A stretch of DNA of 64,000 bases from Octopus bimaculoides (GCF_001194135.2 NC_069000.1:24093243-24157242); one strand, 5' to 3'; shown: positions 1 to 13,170, counted from the first letter of the stretch. Notes: generated from the letters alone by a model not told the origin. Program-made: numbers and translations.

Positions 1-393
1 GTCTACAAAACATATTAAGAGAAATGCAACAGTTCATTGTTGCACATGGTAGAATCACTGTATAAATGACAAGTGGTTTGCTGGCCATGTAATGTGAAGA
101 TTAACATTTAAGTAAGTCAAAATACAATGGTCATCAGTTCAACTGTACATAGAAACACATTAACAAATATGATGTGATTGGAGGGGAATTATTTATAGAT
201 TGTATAGACCCTTTCTATGATGATAATGATGAAAGATCTTGTGTCAAATATATTGATAAAAACAATGTTTTGTGACACTGATGCTGGTAATAATGTTGCA
301 TGGTCATGATTCTAGTAATAGAAGACACAAATCAATAACTTTGGGAATGCATATCATTCTTGACATGAGATATCTTGATATTACTTATCAAAG

Positions 394-425
394 TTATCCC
401 ATGACACTTCTGATGGTAATATGTG
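394..425 (-). CDS. Possible terminal coding exon of BBX (THITIRSVMG*)
   Basis: Acceptor ctctgctttcag| at 427-426; in phase 1 it reads to TAA at 396-394. No homology support; the true terminal exon could lie beyond position 1. Confidence 0.3.
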
Positions 426-621
426 CTGAAAGCAGAGTATAACCAGTCATCCCTATGATAAAAAGGTTTTAAAAAATGTCCAAATATATGTATTAGTTAA
501 AACAAAATTTAAAAACACATGAAGTTTGCCACCATCTTCCCTATGTCAAAATTACATCTCTCTTTCAGCCAATATTTTTCTCAGGCCTTTACCTCCCAAT
601 TAACAACGTCTCATTACTTAC

Positions 622-761
622 TGGGAGTTGAACAACTCATGATTGTCTGACGGGAACTTTCACTGTATATTCTCTGTTTACCAGAGTTCTTACGAGATCT
701 TCCCAATGAATCCATTGAACATGCTGGAAGTGTTGCAATTCTGGCTTCAAGATCAAAATCT
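622..761 (-). CDS. BBX: BBX internal exon (DFDLEARIATLPACSMDSLGRSRK...)
   Basis: Acceptor tttcaaacttttcag|AGAT, donor CCCA|GTAAGT. 140 nt, phase 2 in, phase 1 out, open. F-LE--I--LP resembles the BBX/Capicua-like C-terminal F--KFNSLP motif (from recall). Confidence 0.75.
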
Positions 762-1472
762 CTGAAAAGTTTGAAACACAAAATGATAAGAGCTCTATTG
801 TAAATTTTTATTGAGTCTGACTGGTTGATAAATTTCTTTTCTTTTTACATGGCTTAGTCAGAGGAGAGAGAACAATGCCTGTGATCAATGTTACCTCTAG
901 TTTTTTTTTTTTATTATATGTGTGTGCAAATTTTGTCTTTCTATGCAAAGTGTGAGTACATCCATGTGAAAAATCTTCTTGAATTAGAAAAAAATTTCGT
1001 TTCATCTTGAAAACTTTGTTTGGGCATATTTTTTCCGTTGTGTGCTAAATGTAAAATGTGTACAGGGTGCACAGCTAACAAGGAACATTGCCCTGCAAGT
1101 CTGTGACTAGTGGGAAAGTGAGGAAGTTATCCTCAGAACAGAGTCTTGGTCCAAATAATTATAAAAGAGTAGACTCCATTAAAAAGTGGTGGTTTTAAAA
1201 TAGGCAGTAGGTTAAGTTTACAGGTGAAGAAGAAAGATTTGGCTGATATTTGAAGAAAAATCTACTGGATTTGCAATATCAATTTGAATGACAAGTTTAA
1301 ATACAAGGGAGTAGAAAACAAAAGATAAAAACTATTTGAAGATGAATTTTTACTTTAAATCATTATAGCAACAACAAATCTCAAATTTCAAATTGAAACT
1401 ATACAAAGAAGGTACTAGTACTAAAAATGCTCAGAAAATTATGTAAATAGTAAAATTCCTGAAAACACTTAC

Positions 1473-1661
1473 CCAGTTTTGTAACGTTTGTCTAGCTGTG
1501 AATCTGATTCTGACATAGTACGTTGCAGTTTGCGGCCTGTTTGTTCACATGACCGATGTGGTTGGTGTTGGTGATAGTCGTATACATCATTACTACAAGG
1601 GAGATCAGCATGAGATAGATTTGGAAATGAAAGGGGATTTATTTTAAAAAGAGTATTGGCT
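1473..1661 (-). CDS. BBX: BBX internal exon (ANTLFKINPLSFPNL...KRYKTG)
   Basis: Acceptor tttatacatgttag|A completes the AG|A Arg codon; donor ACTGG|GTAAGT. 189 nt, phase 2 to 2, open frame. Confidence 0.7.
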
Positions 1662-2849
1662 CTAACATGTATAAAGGGCATCAATCCTCAGTTACATATA
1701 GATCATTAGCAACAGGTTGTACAAAAAGTAGTTAGTGACAGATCATACAAAAGGGCCGAGAAAGGGTAATTAGCAACAGATCATACAAAAGGTCATAAGT
1801 AAAAATTCAGCAGGTGAGAGATGTTTCACTTTGAAAAAGGGTTATCAGCCATAGGCTATGCAAAAATAGTCACAAAGAAATGTTAACAGTAAGAGGGCAT
1901 ATGGAGGTCATTTACCTGCTGGCATAACAGACCCTGGCCATAAACTGCACAGGGATCATTTAGCCACAGCTGATATAAAGGTCACAGGACACAATTCATA
2001 CAAGAAGTCATTAACCACATATTGTACAGAGTTTGACAGTCATATCAACTAGTTGTTGTTTAGCAACAGATCAAACATGAAAAAGTACAAGTTGAGCAAC
2101 CATGTACAATAGTAAATAACACTGGGACTTATTGTGAGAGAGGACACCAAACATGATACCTTGTGTGTTTGTGCATATATGTACATCATTTTTTTATCAT
2201 TTAACACCTATTTTCTATGCTGGCATGGGTTGGATGGCTTGACAGGAGCTGTCAAGCTGTCCAGGCTCCAGTCATCTGTTTTGGTATGGTTCTACGGCTG
2301 GATGCTCTTGCTAATGTCTACCACTTTACAATGTCAATAACCACATATTGTACAGTTTGACAGTCATATCAACTAGCTGGTGTTTAAACGTGGCACTGGC
2401 ACACACACATATAGAATGTAAAGTTCCATGAAGGTATGTGTCAGCATGATCAGTAAACTTCAATATCTGTTGCAAGAGGTGCCCATCATTGCTACTCATA
2501 TTTAAGAGAATTATCAAGCATTCCTCAAAATTGAGTTACAGCCATCAGATATATATATTTATATAAATCAGATCATAGCAACACTAGTTGCTAACCGTGA
2601 GCTATACAAAAACATTCAGGTTATTTTATTTCCATGTAAATTTGATATGGGAAAAAGCACATAACCTTCAACACCAATAAATTGTTATTGTTCCTGACTG
2701 TACAGAGTCCACTTTTTGTTTTCTATACTTGTCATGGACTGCTTGAAGATTACAAATTTCCTACACTTGGATCTCTGGATCTTACCCTTGTATATTGATA
2801 TATTGATTTGATGGATTCTCTCATGGACAACAAACGAGGGCTCAGTAAA

Positions 2850-3300
2850 ATAAAGAGGTAATCATGTTCTATGGACCTGAATATGTCTCTTGAGGCTTGC
2901 TGGTGCCTTGCAAACCTTTTGGCAAATGGAACAGGTTGAGGACTCAGTTTGCTCGAGTGCCTGTGGATCGTTTACTATGTGTTTTGTTGAGTGAATGGCT
3001 AGGCCTGCTTTGCTTCATCCCACAAAACACAATGACAGGTAAGGTTTCCACTTAGAGGAGCAGCATTTTGCTAGCATGCCTTCAAGCTTGCACGAAGTTG
3101 GTCCCAAGGCTGGAATTAACTTTGCTCAAATCTTTGAACTGAGGAGAAGCAGGACTGGCACCAGGTCCTGCATTCTAATGCTTGTTTTCCCAGGAAGAAA
3201 GGGGAATGTTGCATTGCTTCAGATTGTCTTTGAAGTGCAAGAGTGACCTTCCAACTTTTGGTAACTGGCCAAAGAGAAGTTGCTTTAGAATTGTGATATC
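2850..3300 (-). mobile_element. RTE-like LINE 3' fragment
   Basis: LKQLLFGQLPKVGRSLLHFKDNLKQCNIPLSSWE resembles the RTE-BovB ORF C-terminus. Confidence 0.6.
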
Positions 3301-3308
3301 ACTCATAT

Positions 3309-3353
<45 letters not shown>

Positions 3354-3775
3354 AAGTTTGAGTGTTTATATATATATAAATAAACACTCAAACTTTGTAT
3401 GACTTGCATCAAATACATCTTAAAAAGAAAAAGTACAGGATACTCTACTTCCAGAAATAAAGGCTATAACTAGGACACCTTTGATTATAGGTCTGACCTA
3501 ACAGAGTTGGTCTGGAGTTAACACCAGACTGTCAACTTGATAATAGGTTCTTACAAGTACTGAACCAACCTTAATCAATTACTGATTCCCATTTTTATTG
3601 GCTCTGGACAGAGTATTAAAAGGCAAAAATCAATAGCAGTAGAATTTCAAAGGCTTGGCTGAGTGGTTAAGGGGTTTTCTTCACAACCATATGATGTCAG
3701 GTTCAGTCTTAATGTGTGGAACATTGAGCAAATACCTTACACTACAGCCCTATGCCAAGTGAAACCTTGTGAGTA

Positions 3776-3901
<126 letters not shown>

Positions 3902-4152
3902 TCTCCTTATCTTGATATTGCATGATCATTGATTACTTTGTTCAGAAATAAGTAAGGGTTGGCTATAGGAAGGCAGGGTATCCAATCATAGAAAATCTAC
4001 TTCAATAAACTCTATCTGACCCATGCAAACATGGAACAGACGATATTTAAAAAAATAGGATGATGATAGGTGTGGAGGCAGGGAACTAACTGGTGAAAGG
4101 AAATTAGTTGAGTGCTCTACCATCTGTCACCACTTTATCCTTTTTGCTAACA

Positions 4153-4376
4153 TTAACCCTTTAGCATTCAAACCAGCCATATCAGGCCAAAATATTTTAC
4201 CTGTTTTATGTTCAAACTGGCCAGATTTGGCCTTTGCCATCTACCCTATAATGTCATTGTAAAAATAAACAATCACATCATTAAAACCTCAAAGCTACAA
4301 GATAATGCATAATTAATTGAAAACGATATGAATAAATAAGCATTACATTTGACAGAATAATCCGAATGCTAAAGGG
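4153..4376. mobile_element. piggyBac-like MITE family (TTAA-CCC(T)TTAGCATT...AATGCTAAAGGG)
   Basis: Copies at 4153-4376, 20351-20577 (reverse, ends GGG|TTAA), about 28083-28310 and 32660-32810. Confidence 0.65.
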
Positions 4377-4851
4377 TGGATTAATAATGATTTCTGTCTG
4401 TAAAACAAAGCAACAACTCTAGATGAGGTAGAAGGTATGTAGTCAATTTAATCAGCACCAGAGTCACTTGCTAATTATATTTGACTCAGGAAGGATAAGC
4501 AAATTCAACCACAGTGGGATCTGAACATCTCAAAGGTTGAGCTACCAGTGATCTTGGTGTATAAAGAAATAAACCTAGTACTAATAAAATTAACATTAAA
4601 ATAAATAAATCTACATATAGCTATAACTCTTTGCAATAGTTACATCTAACTTATACACAACTTCATGTAGATATATGTATCTATAAGATATAGTTACATT
4701 CCCCTTGAAATTGTAAGATTTCCAACAGGTTACAAACTGATTGCCTCTTTTGGGCTTGCTAGTTATAACAGTTATTATCCAGTGGTTATTAAACATTACT
4801 ATAGATTCCAAAGTGTTAAACTGAATCTGAAGTAGGACATTTTCTTCTTAC

Positions 4852-5336
4852 CTATCATCAGAGGTAACTTTGTAGATGGTTTGGATCTCAGCCAGACGCT
4901 CCCGAGATGCTGGAAGAGCTCCACTAGCAATCAGATTTTTGTAAATGGCTCCTTTGTTCCTTCGTTTTGATTTACGTGTTGGTATATTATTGTCCCTCAA
5001 TGGATATTCAAAGGATGACTGAAATTCCAAACCAGCAGATTTAGTCCAATTAACATCAATACGAGCATCACCCTGATGATTTTTGTTGTCATCAGATTCA
5101 TTACAGTCTTTGCAATGATGATGAGGACTTGTATTGTCAGTAGTACTAGGGGGGGGTGATTCCTTTACAATGTGTTGGGTTGAGTTGGTAGATGGTTCAC
5201 AAGAGCATTGAGTGATATCTTTGTTTTTGAAGTCCCAGTTTTGACATAACCTGAGTTCAGAGTTTTCAGTATCTGGTTGAAGGTTGATTTTAGATAACCA
5301 GGAAACTTTAGCGCTCTCTTGGCTCAATAGCATAGA
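4852..5336 (-). CDS. BBX: BBX large internal exon with TRKSKRRNKGAIYKNLIASGAL motif
   Basis: Acceptor tttatttctttttacag|TCTATG, donor GATAG|GTAAGA. 485 nt open (phase 0 in, phase 2 out). The motif resembles the recalled BBX R-CKGALYKTLVSEGML segment. Confidence 0.85.
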
Positions 5337-7610
5337 CTGTAAAAAGAAATAAAAATGATACACACTCAGATATATTAATAATAAAAGTTCCATTACCATA
5401 GCAGGGAATGCATGAATGGAGAGAAGTTCACAGTTGTTTGGTAATGCACAACTCCAATAAAATCCTAAGATGAATTGAACCTTAAGAGTGGTATAAAAAC
5501 ATAATACTTTATTGTAATGTGGACCTAGTATAGTATGCACAATATCCATAAGAAAATGCAATTCTCAACTCATCAGGCCTACCAAACAATGACATGAATC
5601 AACAATTCGTTAACAAGAAACTTGAGAGTTACTTGAGAATAATTTTATGGATGTTGTGCATACTACATTCCTGACTGTCCCATGTTTAAGTCATAATAAA
5701 GATTCTTAATGGAACAAATATAGCAGTACCTGATAGTCCATTTGTATTATACATATGTAAATATTGTACAAATGTTTATTCTTAATCACCATTGCATTGC
5801 TGCTTCATAACAAATTTGTGTGCTCATGCCCCCCCCCCCCCAGTTTTATTAACTATCTGTTCAAATGAAATTAAATTCTTTTCTTATTTTCGAGAACATC
5901 TTGTAGACCACATAATATATTTTTGTGTGTACATGCATAAGTGTGTGCATATGTGTATGCATGATTTTGTTGCCATGTAACATTGCAGTGATAGTTATTT
6001 GGTTTGCTTATTTTGATATTTTTTCCTTTTTAGTTTTTAATATCCTTATATTCTTTTCTCTTAATATTTTATTGTTTATTAGAGAATATGTGTTGCAGTA
6101 TTGTTTATAACTTGAGAAACACATTTTATATTTAGTAAATCCTCAATATAATACTTTAGTCATTGCCATGCTGACTTCTGGATTTGACTCTTGACAAATC
6201 TTCTAAATTTCAAATTTCATGCAAAACCTCATGTAAATAAACCTCTCTTCGTAAATAATACACTATTCTGTATTCTAACACATCTAATTTTAGTGGAAGA
6301 TAAATATTATCTTTTGGTATTAATACTGCTTCTGTCACTATCAATTATTTTTTAATGAGTCCACTGACTATTTGCAACACCAGTGCCTGAATAGACACCA
6401 AGATTTTATATATCACTGATGGGAGAACTGGCTGCAGTGTCTGGTAAGACGTTTGCCATTGAAAAGCCCAAGGAAGGGTGAAAACATGTGATCTGGCAGT
6501 TCTGGCTGCTGCACCAGACGTTATCACCCATCTGCAATATAAACACAAGTGCTTTTAAGTACCACAAGTCCATATGAGAGGTTCTGTCATGGTAAATAAT
6601 GTAGTATTCTGTGTTCTAACACAATATCCACTTTGAGCGGAAGATAAATATTACCTTTTAATAAATAAGTGTATAAAATATATTAATGATCTTTAGGTGA
6701 AAATTGGAAAGGGGGATTATATTGAGACTTAAGTAAGTACTTTTAGTTTTTGTCATTTTGATTTTTAGATGATACCACAAAATTTCAAACTTTCTCTGTT
6801 AATTCCCTGACAAGGTTTGAAATGAATATAGGGTTCATCAGGATATAAAACTTCTCGATAACATTCAATCAGTCCGCAACTGCAGGGTAATTCCCTCTGC
6901 ATGGGTAAAATATAATAATCCAAAGATTCATTTGCTTGCAATCAACTCTCAAGACCCACTCTCTATTTTTGGTTGTAGTTAATAGTCAGGAGAATGGTGA
7001 GTTCTGTAAGGATGACTTAAGACTTAACTCTTGACATCAACATGTCTCAGACAACCCCTGGTCCTATGATACAAAACTACCATAGTTAAATTAAAACATT
7101 CCATTTAATTTATCTGGATTTTAACTGAAAAAACTGGGGTGCAACTTATGAAATGAAAAACAATTTTCCCTAGATTTAGCACTAAATAAATATGGTGTAT
7201 AAAAACATTTTGCTTAAGTATATTCCAAATGTCAGTTTAATACACCAATTCATGAAAAAGTTTGATATTTTACAAAATCTTTTCAAATTTTCAAGATAAA
7301 CTACAACTTACAACTATCTTTGGTGTGACCCAGTGAAGGGCTAAAAAACATCACAGTGATAAACTCTTCAGTAGTACTTTTACAGTCAACTAAATTAACT
7401 AGAATGTGAAGGACTCCCTTCACATTCTAGTAATTCTCATGTAAAGAGCCATAATTTTGCTCCTCATCAGTGAAGAGATATCAGAGTTCAATGTTGTTTT
7501 TCTCATTTTTTTAAAAATATATCTTTCTAAAATTCCTGGTAACAATCAGAAAGACCAAGGAAAATTATGGAAGCTAGAGCTTAATGATCAGAAATGACAC
7601 AGGCACTCAC

Positions 7611-7771
7611 CATATCAGGGGAATCAGCAGAGATTTCTGGAAGCTCCTTCTTGATATTGGTCTGTGATAAATGATTGCATGTTGATTCAGTTGCATTCTG
7701 TTCAATAGCCATCATTAACAAATTCATATTGTTGCTGTTGGTAGTGCAGGGTCTATAGCAGGCTAAGCAGT
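7611..7771 (-). CDS. BBX: BBX internal exon (DCLACYRPCTTNSNNMNLLMMAIEQ...SPDM)
   Basis: Acceptor gtctgttccag|, donor ATG|GTGAGT. 161 nt; only the phase-1-in/phase-0-out frame is open, which bridges exon 18588 (phase 1) to exon 5336 (phase 0). NLLMMAIEQ resembles the recalled vertebrate BBX post-HMG motif SMLLLAGEH. Confidence 0.75.
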
Positions 7772-8393
7772 CTGGAACAGACGTAGTAAATTTGAATGAG
7801 AGAATATATTATAATGCACAGAATTGAGTGATAAATAAAAATTGAATGTAAGACATGATATATACAATATAACATAATAAATATATACACATTTACACAA
7901 ATCTGTGTGTGTGTGTTTGTGTGTGTGTGCGTGTGCGTGTGTGTAGGAGCAGGCATGGGCTCGCATTTAAGAAGTTTGCTTCCCAACCACGATTTCAGAT
8001 TCAGTCCCATGGTGTGGTACTTAGACAAGTGTCTTTTACTATAGACCTCGGTCAACCAAGCCTTGACAGTGGATTTGGTAGACAGAAACTGAACGATGCC
8101 TAAGCTTCTTATACATATGTCTGTGTGCAGGTCTGCCCCACCCACTTGACAACTGATGTTGGTGTATTCACGCCCCTGCTCAGTAACTTAGCAGTTTGGC
8201 AAAAGATATTGATAGAATAAGTACAAGGCTTAGAAAAATAAGTACTGCAGTCGATTTGATTGACTAGGATTCTTCAAGGCAGTGCCACAACATCACTACA
8301 GTCTAACGACTGAAACATGTAAATGACAAAAGTTATATAGGTATGTATGTATATGTGTGTTTGTGTATGTATATACAAACTCAAACACACAAA

Positions 8394-9045
8394 TCATCAT
8401 CAGTTAACGTCCACTCTCCATGCTGGCATGGGTTAGACAGTTTGACTGGAGCTGATGATCTAGAGAACTGCACCAAGTTCCAGTCTGATTTAGCATGGTT
8501 TCTCCAGCTGGATGCCCTTCGTAATGCCAACCACTCCAGGAGTGTAATGGGTGCTTTTATGCACCACCAGCATGGGTGCCATTTACATGACACTGGTAAT
8601 GACCATGACAATGATTCATGGGTGGGTGCCATTTATATGGCACTGGCAACAACCATGACCGCAATGCACAGGTGCCATTTACATGACACCAGCATGGTCA
8701 CAACTACGATTTTACTTAGCCTGATGAGTCTTCCCATGCACAGCATATCACCAGAGCTCTTGGTCACTTGTCATCACTTCTGTGAGGCTCAACATTCGTA
8801 GATCATGTTTCACCATCTTGTTCCATGTCTTCCTGGGTCTACCTCTTCTACAGGTTCCCTCCAGTTAGAGATCAGCACTTCTTTACACAGCTGTCCTCGT
8901 CCATACACATCACACGACCATACCAACACAGTGGTCTCTCTTACACACCAGATCTGATGCCTCTTATGCCCAGTTTTTCTCTCAAGACTCTTACACTCTG
9001 TCATACATGCACACTGACATGGCACATCATTCAAAAGCTAAAATG
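8394..9045 (-). mobile_element. RTE-LINE-3'-derived SINE/truncated LINE family with (GAT)n tail
   Basis: catcatcat..ttaacgtcc..tccatgctggcatgggtt terminus. Copies at about 2183-2336, 10912-12050, 16756-17290, 24650-24780(+), 39407-40297, 54935-55030(+); shares its 3' end with the LINE at 41355-43235. Confidence 0.85.
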
Positions 9046-9562
9046 AAACACACTGTGACCAGTAATAGTCTGCTTCATCATTCAATATGTGTGTGTGTAG
9101 ACACACGCACATACATATATGTAGGCACAGGACAGCTGAGAAGTTCACTTTGCAACCATGATGTCCCAGGTTCAATTCCACTGAATGGTATCTTGGACAG
9201 AAGTCATACTATCATGCTCATTCTGCTTAAGAATAGCATTAACGGTAATGTGTGTCAGTGGAATAACTTATATATATCATTTCAATTGACTGACCAAATG
9301 AATCCTCATCACTGAATAAGAGACAGAGATCTATGAACACCATACACATACATAAGACAGGCTTCTGTACAATTTCTATCTATCAATTTCACTTATAAGC
9401 CTGAAGCTATAGTCAAAGATTGCCAAATAGTGGGACAGAACATGAAACAACATGAAAACAAAGCAAACTATGTCCATATACTCTTGTTAGTGATTCTCTC
9501 TCTCACTCTCTCCCACATACATATGTGTGAGTGAGACAGAATGAAAGACAAAGATACCACAT

Positions 9563-9619
<57 letters not shown>

Positions 9620-9728
9620 NNNNNNNNNNNNNNNNNNNNNNNNNNNNNNNNNNNNNNNNNNNNNNNNNNNNNNNNNNNNNNNNNNNNNNNNNNNNNNNNN
9701 NNNNNNNNNNAAGACAAAGATACCACAT

Positions 9729-9786
<58 letters not shown>

Positions 9787-10768
9787 AATGTAATATACAT
9801 ATAAAGTAAAATAAACATATGTCAATAAATAAATACTACCTGTGATAAATTTTACACAGAACAGATAAATACTGATTTCAAATTTTGGCACAAGGCCAGC
9901 AATTTTAGGAGGGGGTAAGTTGATTACATCGACCCCAGTGTTCAACTAGTACTTATTTATTGACCCTGAAAAGATGAAGACAAAGTTGACCATGGAAGAA
10001 TTTGAACTCAAAATGTGAAGACAAGTAAAATACTGTTAAGTATTTTGCCTGGCATGCTAATGATTCTTATTTTCTTACTGCCCACAAGGGGCTACACACA
10101 GAGGGGACAAACAAAGACAGAAAATGGATTAAGTTGATTATATCGACCCCAGGGGATAACTGGTACTTATTTAATTGACTCTGAAAGGAAGAAAGGCAAA
10201 GTTGACCTTGGTAGAATTTGAACTCAGAATGTAGCGGCAGACAAAATACCGCTAAGCATTTCGCCCAGCGTGCTAATGATTCTGCCAGCCTGCCACCTTA
10301 GCACAGATAAATATTGATTTCGGTATTCAGTAGAAGACCACAAATTTGTATATGAGAAGGGATTGGTTTATTGATTTGACCTTGTGGTATGATTAGTATT
10401 TATTTTACTGACCTCTTAGATGAGGAAAGGTGAATATCAACTTCAGCAGGATTTGAACTCAGAAGTGAGGGACTATAATTAAAAAGCCACAACCCACTTC
10501 GCCAGCAATCTGTCATTTCTACTATTCCACAAGCTTTAGATAAATAAGGGAGCCTCTAAGTGGTTATTCAAACTGCTGAAAATCCTGCTCCCCCCATGCA
10601 AAATGCGCAGTACCCAAAACTTACAAGAGTGTGATAGGATAATTAAGATGAGATTATTTATAGGCAACTCAACAGCAACACGTATCTTAGCATACATTCC
10701 CACAGGCAAGACTGCCAGGAGAACTGCTTCTAGGAGATTCTTCTGCAGACTCTTCAACAATGACTTAC

Positions 10769-10869
10769 AGTGACATCAAGGGCCATGTTGGCCAACATGA
10801 TGATGGCTTCTGTGACATACATGGAGGTATGATCCTTGAAATTATCTCCCCTCCTCATATGGTGCTGCT
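10769..10869 (-). CDS. Candidate alternative BBX exon (EQHHMRRGDNFKDHTSMYVTEAIIMLANMALDVT)
   Basis: Strong donor ACT|GTAAGT after 10769. Open frame phase 1 in/phase 0 out if the weak acceptor attaag| is used. The EAIIMLANMAL helix resembles the recalled BBX ALFQLAEMCL motif. Confidence 0.35.
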
Positions 10870-11061
10870 CTTAATTGTAATACATCCTCTAAAAGCAGAA
10901 GAGATGATGATTATGATGATTATCATTTAAAGTCTGCTTTCCATACTGGGTATGCAAGGAGTCTTTTAAGTGTCACCAGTATGAGAGCCTTTACATATCA
11001 CTGGCACAAGTGTCCTTTACATGTCACTCACATAGGTGCTCTTTATATGTCACTGATACAA

Positions 11062-11181
11062 GTGCCCTTTACGTAACATCGGCACAGGTGCCCTTTACGT
11101 AACATCGGCACAGGTGCCCTTTACGTAACATCGGCACAGGTGCCCTTTACGTAACATCGGCACAGGTGCCCTTTACATATC
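11062..11181. repeat. 26-bp minisatellite inside an RTE-derived element
   Basis: Four exact copies of GTGCCCTTTACGTAACATCGGCACAG from 11062, with degenerate copies on both sides. Confidence 0.95.
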
Positions 11182-12073
11182 ATCATCACAGGTGCCTTTT
11201 ATGTATCACTGGCATGGGAGCTTTTTACATGTCACTGAACTAGTCACAACCACGATTTCATTAGCTTGGACATGTCTTCTCAAGCACAGCAAATTGCCAG
11301 AAATTTCAGTCACTTGTCATTTCTTCTGTAAGACTCAACATCTGAAGACCATAATTCATCACCTCCATTCCATGCTTTTCTGGGTCAACCTCTTCCACAG
11401 GTTCCCTCTACAATTAGAGATAAGCTCTTCTTTATGCAGGTATCCTCATCCATATGCATCACATGACCATACCAGTGCAGTCTTCTCTCTTGTACACTAC
11501 ATCTGATGCCTCTTATACCCAATCTTTGTATTAAGACACATCGACACTGCACATCCAGCCAAGCATATTAGCTTCATTTCTTTTAAATCTTCACATGTCT
11601 TCTGCAGTCACAGCCTATGTTTCATACAATCTGCTTTTCACTTTGAGGGAGAGGCTTTTGAAACCAACAAAAATAGCAGCTCTGAACTTTGCCCAGCCTA
11701 TTCTTATTCCAGCAGCTACACTCTCAGAGCATCATCCTCCACTGCTGACTCGGTCACCAAGGTAACGGAAGCTATCTAATACTTCTAAGTATTCCCCCTG
11801 GCATTTGATAAAGTCTATTTTCTGTACATTCCTAGTCTTTATTGTACCTGCACATCTGCCATACACAAAGACTACTTTCTCTGTTAACCTTCCTCTGATA
11901 CTGCTGCAACCTCTTATGTGTCCATAGCTTGCACCAGCTACACCTTATGGAGTTTCTACCTACACCTCTACATATTGAGCAGGCCATCTCCCTGAAGTAA
12001 CTTGTCTGTTTTCATAGTTGCTAGGACTTTAGTCCAAGAATTTATGCTGAATGGTATTTGATATACCTGTCTT

Positions 12074-12158
<85 letters not shown>

Positions 12159-13101
12159 GGAATTTTCAAAAATACAAAAGACGAAGACAGGTGTATAAAA
12201 ACAACAAACAGGTGTATTAGTTTAATGCTCGGGAAGGTAAGAAAGTCTTTTACATTTCGAGCCTATGCTCTTCCACAGAAAGGAACAAAAGAAAATAAAC
12301 AGAGAGAGAATAAAAAAAAGCTTTAGTGGCTAGTGGTCAATCATGGCGATGGCTGGATGGAGGTGGTCAGACAGGAGATATAGGAAGAAGGGGAGATAAT
12401 AGTGGTGATCCCAAAATGAAGGTGCATGTGTATGTGAGAGTGTGTGTGCATGTGTGTAATTGGGGCTGGTGACCTTGACGTGTGGGTGTGTGCATGTGTA
12501 GGTGTGTGGATGATGGGTGCTGGGAAGTGGTCAGTACTAGTGTGTGCAGGGTGGTGTGATGTGGTGTGAAGTGGTTTGGTGTGGTGTGGCATGGTGTGGG
12601 TGCTGGGAAGTGGTCATATGTATAAAAGATGGAGGTGGAAATAGCATAGACATTTCAATTTGAGAGGGAATTTAATAAAAATGATTTTAAAAATTATTTA
12701 AAGAAAATATTACTGGTTTCATCAGCAAAAAATTTTTAAATTTGAAATAAAAGCAGTTTATCTTCTGTCTGGGGGTCAAACAGATGTGTATGTATATGAG
12801 AAAAAGGAGGGGCAATGCTTAAGGCAAAGAATTAGACAGTTGCTTTTAATTCACCACACCTCACAAATAACATACCAACAAGCCAAAAAGAAAGCCCTTT
12901 ACATAGTTACTTAATCTGCTATATATATAGCAAGTAGTACACTCTCTAATCACAGCCAAAAGAGAAATTGGGTGCACACTGCTGAGATAATTTGGTCAGT
13001 CAGGGCTGACCTGAAGCTAAACATCAACAGCACACTGAAGGTTAATCGTCTCAAGTTTTCAATGAAGATTAGACTTTTAATAAACTTTCCTATTACTTTA
13101 A

Positions 13102-13170
<69 letters not shown>

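Noticed and set aside
808-1240. ORF 808-1005 as a possible BBX exon
   Set aside because: It is not needed for frame continuity, and the region matches a diverged dispersed repeat also seen at about 18925-19025 and 20810-20950.
9545-9783. Apparent tandem duplication (aagacaaagataccacatacacacac...(TA)n) on both sides of an N run
   Set aside because: Identical sequence flanking a gap at a microsatellite is the usual contig-overlap assembly artefact.
11062-11181. Regularly spaced identical 26-mers resembling a CRISPR array
   Set aside because: Units are contiguous with no unique spacers, there are no cas genes, and they sit inside a eukaryotic retroelement; this is a minisatellite.
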